Positions 1 through 15,132 of a DNA stretch of 64,000 bases are shown here, in pieces (position 1 is the stretch's first letter; each line of letters opens with the position of its first letter). The stretch is from positions 1,178,001 to 1,242,000 of the forward strand of contig CM039007.1 in assembly GCA_017499595.2 (NCBI GenBank), read 5' to 3'. The position numbers and the translations under genes were made by a program. The DNA comes from Psilocybe cubensis (lineage: Eukaryota). The notes under the pieces were generated by a model. It was not told the origin of the DNA, did not search any database, and saw only the letters and a list, made by a program, of their open reading frames with translations.

Positions 1-930
1 TTTTGTCAGAGAAATGTTCTAACAATGAGGAAAGCTACAGACCGTGGATAAGTTAAAGGGATACGATGCGGCTGAATGTGAACGATCATGATACCACAGC
101 GTGACATTATGCCTTTCGGCTGTTATCTGTGTGGCATATCGTGGATGTCAGCTCGGTCAACAGCAAAATGTAGAGAAAGCGCACCCCGAAAGTGAACATA
201 CGACGTACGTCTTCGTTCATAATCTGAACATTGGAAGAGACGACATGTAACGCGTTCTACAGTGAGTAAATATCAGAAGACACGTGCAAAAGAACAGACG
301 TTAGCTGAGTTGTGAAATGGAACTCACTTGCCGAGTGTGCGACGCAGCAACTTTGTGCCCGACTACAACAGCTACGTCGGTCGTCTGAAGCGGCTTGTGC
401 GTATCGCAGGCTGCAACAAATGCGGCATCGATTTTGTTGTTGTAGCCTCGGTTGGAGGAAGCTATCCTCTTGTTCGGCACGTTTGCGTAGCTGAATTTGT
501 TGCGTTTTCGTTCCCCAGGATATTCAATATTTCCAATGGTCTGTGCAATCTTCTCCCATCCTCGAAAGACGGTGATTTTGCTGTTAGACTGCCGCCCCCG
601 CTTTCTCTGGAGTGGGTAATCTCGAAAAGCGAAAGTTGTCTCGTTTCCCGTTAATACAGACAACACTGGCCGTGTAGTTACGTCGCTGGAATGAGAAGCA
701 TTACCAGCCCCCGTTAAAGTGCCCTGTAAAAGTTGCTGGACAAAATATTGCGTTTCCTTGTCATTTGGGACAAAAGGCAGGTAGGTGTTCATGAAGCTCT
801 CGACAGGGCATCTGATGAACTTGAACTCGCTATCCATTTCCCTGACAATATGCTGCTGCCGACGCTGCACGATACCGATATGCTCAAGCTGTGCAGAATT
901 TCTATAGCTTCGCAGGGCTTCGGGACTCTG
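1..930 (-). CDS. Fungal-type protein kinase (FunK1/Pkinase_fungal family), N-terminal part; continues off the window edge; start codon not resolved
   Basis: ORF 301-870 (CPVESFMNTYLPF...KIDAAFV...DVAVV) splices to NALHVVSSNVQIMNEDVRRMFTFG (~186-257) and then ITAERHNVTLWYHDRSHSAASYPF (~43-126). The 'MNxDxRRxFxFG/IT...LWY.RS' pattern is typical of FunK1 kinases. Confidence 0.75.
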
Positions 931-2589
931 TAAAACTGAGTATCAGTCAATGGTAGACCTAAAAAACACTGAAAATATGCACACGCGAGACTTGTTTTTC
1001 CTTGGTTTGGTCTATATTCGTACTAGTTGAGAAGATGGTAGATGATTAATCTTCAAGAACGCGCGGGATTCATCTTCAAGGTTTCAACAGAGGCTTGGCG
1101 GTGCCTTCCCTCGGCCCGGGGCTGTTGCATCAATTTCTCACGGCCCACCCCTTTTGAGTAATACTATACACTTAGACCGTGTACTCACTTGCCCACAAGC
1201 TACGTGTGTTGTACTCGTGTTCCATTGGCGTACAAAAAACTTATCAGAGACCTTTCAGTCAACAATTTCATGTGGTCTTGACCCCTCGTTTCCTTTGTCA
1301 AGACAACATTTGATTTTCATTAAGCTCCCCAAGGCAAATCTACCTCCTAAACGCGGCCAATACGAAAAGGCATGTAGTCTTTTTTCTCTTTTTGATCGGA
1401 CACGTAAGCTTTTAATGAATATTATTCTGAGGGAAGAGCCTTCTGAATAGCCCATGCTCTTTAGATATTCAATTTTAACAGTCACTTACGGTGACTGGGA
1501 CCATTCAGAAGTGGTCATGAGCGCTGCCCCAATCTGTTTATGTTAAACATTCATTATTACCTTTATATGTAGTCGACAGAGCATAAATTACATAGGCATG
1601 TCGTCTATTCCAATTTTATCTATCTATATATATTTACCAACAGGACCCCCTTCAGAGGCTTCTTGCCTTCTCCATTGTGCGAGACACCTGACATCTGATC
1701 AGTCAATTTTTTTCCGAAGTTGTTGCTTTCACAATGTTGAAAGGAAACCCGACGAACTGAGATAAAGACCTCATTGGGATATTATTGTGGCTGTTCTGCT
1801 TATCTCCAAGGCATAATTGTTGGGAAACTTGATGTAAACTGCGCATATATATGTACTAATCGTCCAGCAACATATGAAGAATAACAGATCAATTTTGTCT
1901 GTAGACGTAGATTGTGAGTCGTCTTCTGTCCATTCCCTCTTAGTGACTTTAGTCTGAGTGTTTTCTCCTAGCTCCTTGCATGCAAGCGTGGCAAGCGTGG
2001 CTAGCTGTCTATTGTATTTTTATCTGTCTTAATTTTACTATTTACCCATGATGGTTAACAGCTTCATGATGAGAAGCTTCTTGGCTTCTTTGTTGTACGA
2101 GATACCCGTTGATCATTGCTTCTGCATAAAACTCTTAACATGAATAGTATGTTTAGGTACAGATGAAGCGTGTGTTATGCATTTCGCTCTTGTTTTGGTA
2201 CGCTTCCGAACCATTTCACCTCGATTTGCTTAATTCTTATCACTATTAAGCTTTCTGCGAACTAGTTGCTTCCTCACATCTGAAGTCACCTGGCGGCACA
2301 AAACCTTATGCTATCAAATCGCAGGCACGATCACTGAGGTAACGACTCGGTTTGCACATGCAAGAGTATTCTCCTAAATCTTCTAACACATACTTCTGGC
2401 CACCTGATGCACACCGTGGCATACAATGTGTACAAAACGTTCTGCCGCCAATTTCTCTGCGAAGGTATAAATTGTCGATGCACTTCACTTTAATGGAATA
2501 TTCTGCTGTATTAAGATTCCCTGCAGCATAGGTAAAGTACAAGACATGTATGATCATAAATGACGGAATCTCATGAGCATATAAAGATA

Positions 2590-3318
2590 ATGATGTTTTT
2601 CAGATCCCTCGCGCTCTGCTTTTTGGTGTCAGCCTTAACTTGCATCATCGCTGCCCCCGCCACCTCGGAAGATGCCAAACTTCCTCCAACCGACTCGGAA
2701 TATCCAGAGGTCATTCCTGGTCCTGGATTACCCTCGTTAGAATCCCTCGGGTTGACCTCCGCCGATCTATACCGCAATCGCACCATGAGTACCTGACATG
2801 TCATTTTATTGAGTATAAATTGAGAGACTAATGAATGAACTGCGTTTTTTAGATGCACTTTCAAGTCGCAATGAGGATGATTATATCATTTACTGCTTAA
2901 CAGGAGGTGCGACCACCTCGGTGAGCACTGCGCAAGCGTGCATCAATTACTTGTCTAGCCTCGGCACCGGCGACTGCATGGTCCCAGCAAATCCCGATGT
3001 AATCACTTTTTGCTCATCAGGGCAGTCAGTAATCTGTGGTACAAACGTGTGGGGCAACGGACAAGCTGTGCACTCCTGGTGGTCTGTAGAATATGTTTTT
3101 TACCTTGTTATTCTACTAATATGAAATCCTTTTCAGCTCAGACGTGGCTGTAACTGCTCAGTCAATCGTCGATTTGTGCCAGACAAATGGACAGGTGGAC
3201 GGTACGCTTTATATAGGCCTCGTCGTGGAATCTGATCACTTACTATTTTTTAGGCTACGGTCAAGCAGCCGAGAATTCCAACATGCTGGTTAGTGTTGAA
3301 TCAGTAATTACCTGTTAA
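2590..3318 (+). CDS. Small secreted cysteine-rich protein (4 exons)
   Basis: Signal peptide MMFFRSLALCFLVSALTCIIA, then a PEVIPGPGLPSLESLGLTSADLY pro-like segment and a Cys-rich domain (YC...QAC...GDC...TFC...VIC...WC...DLC). GT-AG introns at ~2789-2852, ~3081-3136 and ~3202-3252; stop TAA at 3316-3318. Confidence 0.8.
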
Positions 3319-3987
3319 CCCGAGAACATGTGAGGTGTACATTTGTAGACACATTTGAGATACCGAGCAGTTATTTGCACTATCATGAAAGAGAAAAGTA
3401 GTGTGTCAGAGGTTGTAGCTTCCACTATAAGAATCAGCGCGACAGCGCAATGAACCGACATCTGAAATGGCCGGGGAACGTCAAATTTTCTTTATTTGAG
3501 GGGATCTTATGGTAGGAGGTGACGCACAGGAGTTGATATACAGAGAAGTCGGGCACCTATTCAGGCTCCGTATCCTTTTAACAGCAAGATCTTGAACATG
3601 AGGAACATGCAGCCTTGGAACGCAAACAAGCAAGGTTAGGCCTAACAGAGTTTCAATGGATTGTTGATTGGGATTAACCTTGCATTCTATCTAAAGTGAG
3701 CATACAGATAAAGAAAATGACAATATACATAGATAAATATGAATATGTTAGATAGCAAGGAACAAGTAAATATTCAAAGTTTCCGACTAAAATCTGGTGA
3801 GTAGTTTAGATGGGTGATTGAATGAAAAGATACGGTGGATTCAGGTCAGCAGGCCGAGACGTATGGCGTCGAAGGCGTTGCGCGCATGAACGGTCCCAAA
3901 GCGGTAATGCGGACTCTCAAATGACTTTGCTCCTAGGTTTAGGGTTACGTTGCACTTGCCATCAACCACGACTTCAAGCTCTATCCA

Positions 3988-4512
3988 ATGTCGTTGACAC
4001 CCAACCCAGCGACAGAGTTCTCATCTTCGACCATAGAAAACTTCAGTGCGCAAGCATCTGAGTTCACCGCGCCCATCCTCCGTGTGATACCATACATCAC
4101 ATTCGCTTCCTCCGTGGTTCGAACCACGTTCGCCTTCATATGGTCTCTATTTCGCCCATTCCTACGTCTCTCGCCATTACCAATAATTCTCTATGTTCTG
4201 GGTCCGGTGATTGTCTTCGTGGATATCTTTACGACTGTATTCATACGCGCGCCGTACAACATCATTGTATACCTCTTGGAGGCCCTGTACCCGCTGTATG
4301 TTTTCTGCGGCGTCGCATGCATTACTGGCGTAATTTTAGGCCTTTCTGCGCGTATTATATCTCGCTTGATAGTTGCCGCAATGTCGGCGGAGGAAGAGCC
4401 GCCACACATGGACGAGAATGAAGATGAACCAAGGCTGGATTCAGATCTTAAAGGAAAGGGCAGGCAGCGGGAACCGGAGAGAGTCAGAGTCAAGGTCAAG
4501 GTAGAATCGTGA
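3988..4512 (+). CDS. Hypothetical membrane protein, 174 aa, single exon
   Basis: ATG-started ORF with 2-3 hydrophobic segments (LPIILYVLGPVIVFVDIF; LYVFCGVACITGVILGL) and a charged tail (KGKGRQRE...VKVES). Confidence 0.7.
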   Translation: MSLTPNPATEFSSSTIENFSAQASEFTAPILRVIPYITFASSVVRTTFAFIWSLFRPFLRLSPLPIILYVLGPVIVFVDIFTTVFIRAPYNIIVYLLEALYPLYVFCGVACITGVILGLSARIISRLIVAAMSAEEEPPHMDENEDEPRLDSDLKGKGRQREPERVRVKVKVES

Positions 4513-6925
4513 GCGTGACGTAAAGTACTCGCCTTATTCCCTTCACCGTCTTCCTTAATGAAATTGTCGAGGGCCAATGGTAGGTAACAATAAACTATGT
4601 TCCAATTTATTGCTTACATTTTTGCAATTTGCAGCGAATCAGCCATCTCTTCTGTTCGTATTGCCTGTCAAATGCCTCCAGGTATCCATACTTTATCGAC
4701 ACTCCTTTGTGGACTCGTCGCCACCATGAAGCATTACAAGCCTACATTCCTAATCCCCGAGAGCTACTTCGTGCAACGTGTCAACCACACGCCCATGGAC
4801 AGATGATGCGGATCAAGCTCTTAATCCCATGATATCAACCGGGCCACGTAACCTCAAGGACGCTTAGGATCGACCAACATCCATAACACCGGTTAAGGAC
4901 ATCGCGGGATTGGGAGGCATCGTCGCTGTTGACGAAGCGTCGAAATTTTGCGAGAGCTTTACCCTATGACAATACCCGGCTATTCTAAATTCTGGAGGGT
5001 TCGGAGTTCATGGCGGTAACGATCACACAACTGGCCTCATTATAAAGCTGCTCGTTGAACCGACTAGCCTCCGACCTGCAATTGCAGGCGTACATTGCTA
5101 CTATCCCCGTGGCCCAATAGCGAATGTGCTGGAAGGTTGATGAAATCTTTGCGCAGTGCGCATACATCCAGAAAATTGTCGACGTTGACGCCAATGCTCA
5201 ACGTGTTTTGTAGTGTCAACGATGCTATGGCTCCACCAACCCAGCCATTAAGCCCCTAACTTCCGCTGAACATCATATTCAACGTTATCACCATATACGG
5301 CTGTCGATATTCACTCTGCCATGAAGTCTAGGCCATCCATTGCGCTCCGAAATCGTCTTGGCGCATACATGCACAGAATCATTTGGGTCTTCTCTTGCCA
5401 AGGAGCAGTTCAAGTTTGGGAGGAAGATAATGAATAATGCCACCTGTTCCACGTACTTCGCTAGTCCGGTTCGAGTTGCGTGGATATCTCAAGCCATTCA
5501 CTTCTCAAAATAAAGTCTCTGTACCATAATGTCGATTCTATAGTCTAACGACAAATAATGTTACAACAAACGTGGAGGATTATAATTTTGGAAATGCATA
5601 TATTTTATGGTACAGAGAAGATACGACGCAGGGGTCAGATATCTCGGCGGAATCATCATAGCATCATGATAAGTTATAACGGTAGGCCCGAGTTGGAAAA
5701 AATGAAAAAATCAACGACAATCCAGGGAATGTAGAACCCACAACACAGAAATTCTCAAAGCGAGTTCGAAAACAACGAGAAAAAAATATGTACAGTGTAA
5801 AACAGAACAATCAATGTCGAAAATATGTAGACAGTAGAATAAGTCTAACTTGAAAGTCCAACATGAATGGGGGTATAGTAACGATGTTCATCAATGACGA
5901 GAAGCATGTCGGTTGACTGGAGGTCAGGCCCTGGTGGCTTCTAATGAAGAGGTATCGCTCGGCATTACCATCCATCGCCATCCATCACAGATCCAGCCGG
6001 ATCAGATAAGAAAAAAAACGGACAGAAACAGAAACAGAACACGAAAAACCCAACAAGCGACGACATAGCGGGAAAAAAAGAGGTATATGACATGGATACA
6101 AGAAACAAACAAACAGACAAAACAAATAATAAAAAAAGATGCAAGTAAAGAGAGAAGGTAAAAATGTTGCATAATAGGGATATACATACAGGGGTGGGTC
6201 GAGGAAAGCGAGTAGGAAAAGGTAGGGTAGGAATAAAGGGTATGAGGTAAGAGTTTGGTGAGAAGTGGAGGTCAAGGGCGAAGATGGGGAAAGATATAGA
6301 GTCCACTAGTTCAACACGAAAACACAGTCAGCATAAGAGAAAATAAAAACCACGATTCTCCTCGAAACGTGATTTTCTTTTCCGTCAATTGTTCATACCA
6401 CGCCCTTCCTTCCTTCCTTCTTCCTTTTACAACACCGCCGCATCTCGCCCCAACCAACCCCATTCAACGCCCTAACTGTCCTAAACCAAACTCAACCCAA
6501 ATCCGAGCTTAATACATGGAAAAACCTAACGCATAACTTGTAAGAGAGAGTGTCCTAAACAATCGAGTAACATTTTTTGTCTTGTTTTTTTGGTGTCTGT
6601 TGTACGGTTTCTTCATCTTCATAATTAGACAGAGACGATAATTTGAATAGTGGTGTATCAGATACGCGAGAGATAGCTGAGAGGGATCCATTGGACTGCG
6701 AAACTTGACCCCGACAGGCCATTGAGGTTGAATAACGATGAATGATGAGATAATCGAAAGTCGAATATCGCAGTCGATGGATGGTCCCGAAGATATAGAT
6801 AATGCCCGTACACAGTATATTGCACAGGCCCAAACAGAAACAGAATTTAGGAGTAGGAGAACCGGAAAACCATGGAAGTTTTGACAGACGTGTGGCAGAC
6901 AAAAGAAAGGCAGGGATGCAAGGCT

Positions 6926-8640
6926 TTAGAACCTGGATGTGGCGATGACGCGATAGAGATTGTTGGCTTCCTCGAAGCGGGCATTGCGCAGGCTAAAGTG
7001 TGCCATCTCAGTCGAGTCTGCGTCCGCAGTCGGATCGACAATGTTGAACTTGATGAGCGAGTTGTAGAACCGGCACAACTGAGACACAACAGGATTAGCA
7101 TCATTATATTACGCGCCAACGACGTAAGGAACGGAAAAACTCACGTTCTGGACTCCTTTAGCAAATCGATCATCACTGATATTGCCCTCTCGTTCCTCAC
7201 GCTCTGCGTGGTCCAGCCAGTTGATGCACTCGTGTACAAAGCGGGCCAAGACCTCAATCAACACGAGGTCAGCAACCGTGGAGTATCCCTGCACCGTGAC
7301 CCTCGTTTGGTCGCGCAAAAGGCGGCCAAAGAGGTCGAAAGTTGCGAGTGTGGGAGGTAAGAACGGAATGACGTCCAAGAACGGCAGAGGATTGTTCTTC
7401 TCCGGGTTGGGGTTCGTGAGCAGGGCAACGAGGAGCGGGTGCGCAATGGTAGGATTATGTGCGATGATGGGGGCCAGATCGATGGAGGTGATGATATTAG
7501 TGTTGGCAAGGTCGGGGATGATCGGTACCAGCATCTGAATGAGAATAAGGGTCAATCATCAGACTTCATTTGAAAGACAAATGTACGTACTCGTTGCTCA
7601 GACAGACTGAGAACGCGATCGCGAGCTGCCAGCAAAAGCTTCATAGCATGGATGAGCCTTTCATTCTTTCTGTCCTCATCAAAGTTGACGGGCGAGCGAG
7701 ATGGAGTGTCCGAGATTGCACGAGGAACAGGCGATCTCGAGTCGTGAATGTAGGTGTGCGTATGCGTAGAGTTGGTCGTGGATTCGTCAGTATCGGAGGA
7801 GGCCGATAGCCTGCGTTTGTTTACAAAATAATGATAAGTAGAATCGTCTCTGGGAGAAGAAATGAGATTAATCAGCATCTGAATCATCGAGCCGACCAAC
7901 AGAGACGTACATGTCAGAAATACTATTATACAATTCTTCATCAAGGACCAGATTAATCGCTCTTAGTTTAGGTGGAAGTGGACAGCGTGACAGCGTGCTC
8001 GGGGAATATGGGCCAATCTGGGTGGATTGGCTACGATTAGAAAGAGCGTGGCGGGCGGAAACAATGGTGACACTCACATCATTACCATCACCTTTCAGGA
8101 TTTTCCACAAGACCCAAACAAACTGCTCATTGGGGCTAACTCCACCCTCATTTGCAATGCTGACGGCCTTTTCACGCTCCCTCACGTAAGCCACGAGGAG
8201 AGCCGATTTGAAGGGGTTGATGGTGACGGGATGGGGCGTATACAGCGAATACAGAATAAAAGAGACCAGAATCCGTTGAGCTAGCTGTAGAACGTGCACA
8301 TCGATGGTGAGCCCCTGTTTCTGGCAGAAAAATGGAGCGAGAGAGATGACAATCAGATACTGACCTCAGCAGACGTGTTGGAATCAAGAATTGGCAACAA
8401 CGCGTCAAGAGCCAGCTGAAATCGCGAGGTTGGCTGAACGAGCTGAGTAAAAGCCAACGCAGCTGTCGAGCAGGGGAGAGAAAACGCCCTTGCAAGCAGG
8501 TGGTTGACAGATGCTCTTATGGAATCGCCAGAAGTGAGCGTTTGGAGCTGGGTGGTCGTCGTTGTGGTCGCCGCCACCGCCGCCGCCGGAGCTTTCTTCA
8601 AGCTGGTCGAGGTCCCTGGTGGCGAAGAATGGGACTGCAT
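6926..8640 (-). CDS. CNOT11: CCR4-NOT complex subunit 11 homolog
   Basis: N-terminal QRILVSFILYSLY...INPF motif. C-terminal IAHNPTIAHPLL...FVHECI...LCRFYNSLIK...HFSLRNARFEEANNLYRVI matches the CNOT11 C-terminal domain pattern. Multi-exon; stop at 6926-6928. Confidence 0.8.
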
Positions 8641-9050
8641 TCCTAGGCCAGGAAGTACCGTAAAACAAGAGGCGGACGGGCCAAGTTGCGTTCACCCAAC
8701 AAACCACAAGAAACACCCCAGAACAAGATAAATACTCCATTACCTAATCACTCATCATGTGATCTTACACCCGATTGGCCCGCCTTGGCATGGGAATCAC
8801 CTATCTTCCTGATCTTCCACTCGTTTCTCAGGTGTTCCGACAGCTAATTTCTACAACAGCTTTCTTCGTAACAATCTCCTACTTATCAATAGAGACATCA
8901 TGCGACAATCTTTCATCAACTACCTATCCACGACAATCTTGGTGATGAACAGATTGATTTAGAGGATCTGTCATTGCCGGTACATTTTAAGTTCAGTGTC
9001 AGCGAAGCTAACGCCAAAGGTTTCAGGCACTTACAGAAGCATCCGAAAAC

Positions 9051-10728
<1,678 letters not shown>

Positions 10729-11196
10729 GATGGGTATAGATCAAAGACAGTCGTATTTCAGCGTCGGAACGAGTATACCCCCGTATACAAGGGCCGAGGA
10801 AAGTGTCTTGCTCTTCAGATGGAATCACAATTCAGGGCTGCTGTGTGTCGACTGGATGGTGGTGGATATCTGAAGAGCGAGACAGGTGCCCGTGGGAAAG
10901 CCGTTTGAGTGGTGAGGAGGCATTATACTATAAGCGCCCGTGGTTCTTATCGATTGATCCGAGGGATGGTCAGGTGAGTTGACCATGTTGCACGCATTGT
11001 TGTGATTTTAATAACCGCCTCGAGGGTAGATATCATCATGATAGTGATGCGTCGAAATATCGATGGGTATTATTTACCCTTTGGCCAGTCGCTTGAAGAT
11101 GATCGATGGATAAATTGATGGATGTCCTTTGCACGGTCATACATTACATGCAGTCATACGTGTGTAACTACTGCTAATACAAATTTTATCTTTTAC

Positions 11197-12571
11197 TTAC
11201 TGCGGACACCCACACGTTTTCCACTTCAACGCACAAGTGTAACAGAACTGAGTTCCGCATCGGCACGTAATATGATTGCAGCCTTGATTTTTCTCAACGA
11301 GGCGTTTGCATCCCAGGCAGGTCTGCCAGCCCGACTTGACCGCAAGAACCTTGAGCTCGATATTCGCAGCATTGACAGCGCAGCTCTCTTCATCGGTGTG
11401 GGCTGCCTTCTTACACCTCGGACACGTGCGCAACGTGCATGTCGGGCAGACGACGTGGCTGACCTTTTTGTAGTCGGCGGACGAGCCGAGGAACGTAGAG
11501 CAGGTCGCGCTAACGCAGTAAATTCTCTCCTGAACTGGGACGCTGAACTCGCTTTCCTTTGTTCTGTAGAGCTTGATCAACTCGTTTGATAGGAATGGGA
11601 TGACTTCGGTGAAGGGGATTGGCTTTATGCCGCAGCATTTCAGGGGGAACATGCTCTCGTCTCGAGTTGTGTATTCCACCAGGGATGATATGCAGCTTTC
11701 ACAGTAATAGTGATCGCATGGTGTCTTGACCGCGTTGATATATCTCACTTTCTCGGTGCAAACGAGACAAGCGACTCTATCAACCGTGAAAATACCAATC
11801 AGTTGTAAAATGTCGTAGCTATATGCGCGTTACTTACGTCCTATTTCGATTGACACTTGGTCCAGCAGTAGCGTTTGGCATTGGCGCTGCCTTTGGTCGC
11901 CACTCCCGCGCTTTAGCCTTACTTTCGACCATCTTCCATTTGACGTCTTTTTCCAGCTGCATTCTGTCAAATTCTCCAATGTAGCTTTCTGTATCGGAGA
12001 TATCATCATCGTAATCATCGACAGGAACTTCGTATGCTGGCTGAGGCATGGAATTCCTGAAATATGTACTATCAAATACAATTAATTCGTCTGGATTTTG
12101 TAGGATGAAATTGACCTACCTCTGGGATTCCGGATGCATAACAAAACCCCTGCTCTCGACACGAGCCTGAGCAGCAGTCGGCTTCGGGAGCCTCTCACCG
12201 CGACTAAGCAACTGCGCAGCCCTCCTATCCGCATTAGCCGCCTCCTCAGCAACCATAACCGCCTCCAAATACGCCGCATCAGCGCACACAGCCGCATTAA
12301 GACTCCTCGCAAGCTTCGCATCCTCAGATTCAGCCAGAAGCCGCTGGAAGCTCTCGAGCTGGAGCTGATACGCCATTTCCTCGTCCGTCAAGCCAGCGTC
12401 GAAGCGCGATTTTCCTTTGCGGGATGAATAGGCCTGTTCGATGTCTTGTAGCGCGAGCTGCGCGATGAGTGCGGATGTCTCGTAGTCCATCTCATAGTCG
12501 TCGATCGCGCTGTAGGAAGGACCCGGATCGCGTGCTATCGATGGTCTGGATCGAGTGTGTATGGCAGACAT
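11197..12571 (-). CDS. RBR E3 ubiquitin ligase, copy B; ends just after RING2
   Basis: Same N-terminal domain (YEMDYETSALIAQLAL...KGKSR). RING1 PCDHYYCESC, IBR YCVSATC...CPTC...CPRC, RING2 CLGC...GCNHITCRC...FCYTC. Confidence 0.9.
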
Positions 12572-13036
12572 GATTGCGATTCAATGTGGTGGTATAGACT
12601 GGACGTTGTCCGACTCTTCAGGTATATCGGGGCCAAAGGGAAGGTTGATGGTGGGGGTTACCTGAAGAGAGGTGACGGAAGTCCGTGGGGAAAAGTCCGT
12701 GCTGCAGGAAAGCTTTATAGAAGCATTAAGCGCCCAGAACGTGATGCATGGCGTCTTTATCGATCGTGAGTAAAGTCAACACGCGTCAACCACATGACCT
12801 TCTCGCAATTCTGCCGTTCACACAACTTCCTAAGCCCAAAAATGAAAGTCAATATAGCTCAATCATGGAGTAAGACCGATTTAGATAATGAGAGAACCAA
12901 CATGTCAAAATTAGACAATTGGCGTGATAAGCGGTTCTAATCCAACCTTGCCACTGGCAGAGACAGTGTCGAAACATGATATTTATTGGATTCATTGACA
13001 ATCGTTACTTCTGCATTCCTCAGCGTAGGTCTGTAT

Positions 13037-14169
13037 TTAACTACTTTCAATATCTGTAACCATAGACAGCCTACTTTCCCGACGTTCAGTGAGACTCATA
13101 CTCGGAGATCGTCGAGCACGCTTCTTGCCCCCCCAAGCGCCACTAGCCCTGGCAACCCTCCTCCTGATATGGTCCACAAGGAGGCCAACCTTTGGAGAAA
13201 CCAACAGATGTCCCTGTTCCTTGCAAAGGGTACAAGTCCATTTTTTGCAATTTGTACATACCTCTGAGCTTTTATGCGGCGAAAGTTTCACCGCGCAGCC
13301 GAGAAAAGTGTGGCAAAAGTAGCAGTAGAGTCGGTCTTTCTCCAAGACCTGGGTTTCCTCTTGTTTATCGATTGTGCAATTTATGAGTGAGATTCCACAC
13401 CCGTCGCAGATGAAAGGAAACGCTGGTTTGAGGTCGACTATATTGTGTTTGTATTTGCATTTACGGCTAGTGGAGGGTAAGAATTTAAATATGTGAAAAA
13501 TGAAACGTATTTTGAAAAGATTAACCTTGGAGAATCGTCCTCTTGTTTTGGTAAAGGATTTAGAGCCTTATCTACAGTGTGATTGACATCCACCGCTTTT
13601 GAATTTGAACACTCTGCTCCATGTTTTGTATCTGGTGCTAAAGAATCGTCTACCGGAACACTGTAACACCTTAGCACAGCATAAAAATGAAGTAAAGCAA
13701 GGACATACCCGGGTATAACAGGCTCCATCCTAAAATCCGGGTCTGCAACACGAGATTGAGCTTCAGTTCTCGCAGGAAGCCGTTCTCCCCGAGCAAGCAT
13801 CTCCGCCGCCCGTCGATCCGCACACGCAGCCTGCTCAACAACGCTAAACGCATCCAAGCACGCCGCATCAGCGGCCACAGCAGCATCTATACTTCGCGCG
13901 AGGACCGCGTCCTCCGAGAATACCACCGCTTGCTGGAAGATCTCCAGCTGCATTTGACAGGCGAGCTCAGTGTCGGAGAGGGGGGAGGTTTCGCGGGCTT
14001 TGCCTTTGCGCGTGCTTAGTACTTGTTCGATGTCCTCTTGGGCGAGTTGGGCGATGAGTATGGCGGTTTCAATGTCGAGGTCTTGCGTGTGGATATATTG
14101 CACCTCTGGTGGTACGTCACTCCCCAGAAAGGGCAAAGAAGAGACGGGGTTGGAGCACAGTAACGCCAT
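13037..14169 (-). CDS. Truncated RBR paralog, copy C: N-terminal domain plus IBR-like domain only (could be a pseudogene)
   Basis: N-terminal domain homologous to copies A and B (ETAILIAQLAQEDIE...KGKARE...ADRRAAEMLARGE). The last exon reads FICDGC...KDRLYCYFC...CTNC...CTLCKEQGH and then a basic tail; most of RING1 and all of RING2 are missing. Confidence 0.7.
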
Positions 14170-15132
14170 TATTATGTTAAAGTAGGTGGTTTGTGGAAGA
14201 ACTAAAACTGGAGATTTGTCTTGTACTTCGGATGAAGCCACAGCGTACGAGGTGGAAGTTGCTGTGGCAAGTATCCGAAGGGCGAGACACAATCCTGTGC
14301 AGGATAGTGTCGAGCGACGATGGTGTTTTTATGTGTCATGCATAAGATTAAGCGCCCATAGATGGAGTCCAACTTGATCGCCGTCTTATCGATGTGGTCA
14401 CCAGTTGGCTATTCAAACATGTGTGGGTAATCGGAAGACAATAACTGTTCTCGTGAGAGAGATCATGGCTGATTGGGGTATGGTTTGGGTTTTAATACGG
14501 ATTTGGACTAGCAAAAGGTATCTAGCCTTCTGGATGCGGAAAATTTCCCAGGATACTTTGAGTTTGCTTTGAGTTCAGTCAGGAACCTGCGCCACTACAC
14601 CTCCTTGTGACCTTTCTATTGGAGCTGGTCTACCAGAGATAGAGGATAAATAAAGATAACCCAGATCTATGAAAATGTAGAGACTATGTGGCAGATATGT
14701 TGTCAAGGGTTGGTCAAGGGCATGAAATAAGACGTGCCTAGAAGCATCTTATACGCAACTAGTCAGAAAAACTCTCGTTCATTCGAGGGGCTTCTATTTC
14801 TGGCGTTACGCTATGCAATAGATGCAGGAAAACAAGAGAACGGAGTCCCATCATCAAACGGAGACACGAGAGCAAGCGGAAGGGATAAAACATAACCCTA
14901 ACCCAACCAACCACCCCTCACCTCCCATCATTTACTTACTTACTTAATTATTGTCCAAACACCCCAAAACCAAACAACGCCGTCAACGGGACCGTTCATT
15001 CCCGAACGCAGCCCGCACCTTTTCCATCGCCACAAAGTACCTACCTCAGTACACTCGTCCCCCCCTTCCCCTCCCCTCCTTTTCCTCTTTCCTCTTTCTC
15101 CTTTGGAATTCGGAATTCGGAATTTTAGAGCA

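Noticed and set aside
4597-5520. Coding-like composition suggesting a decayed gene
   Set aside because: Only short, stop-interrupted frames and no recognisable motif, so I cannot support a call.
5965-6306. Hydrophobic ORFs resembling membrane proteins
   Set aside because: They are translations of low-complexity A-rich/T-rich sequence downstream of CNOT11.
11060-11200. Possible GTAAGT donor overlapping the stop of RBR copy B, which might add a C-terminal domain
   Set aside because: No downstream sequence resembles copy A's WDE/Cys extension.
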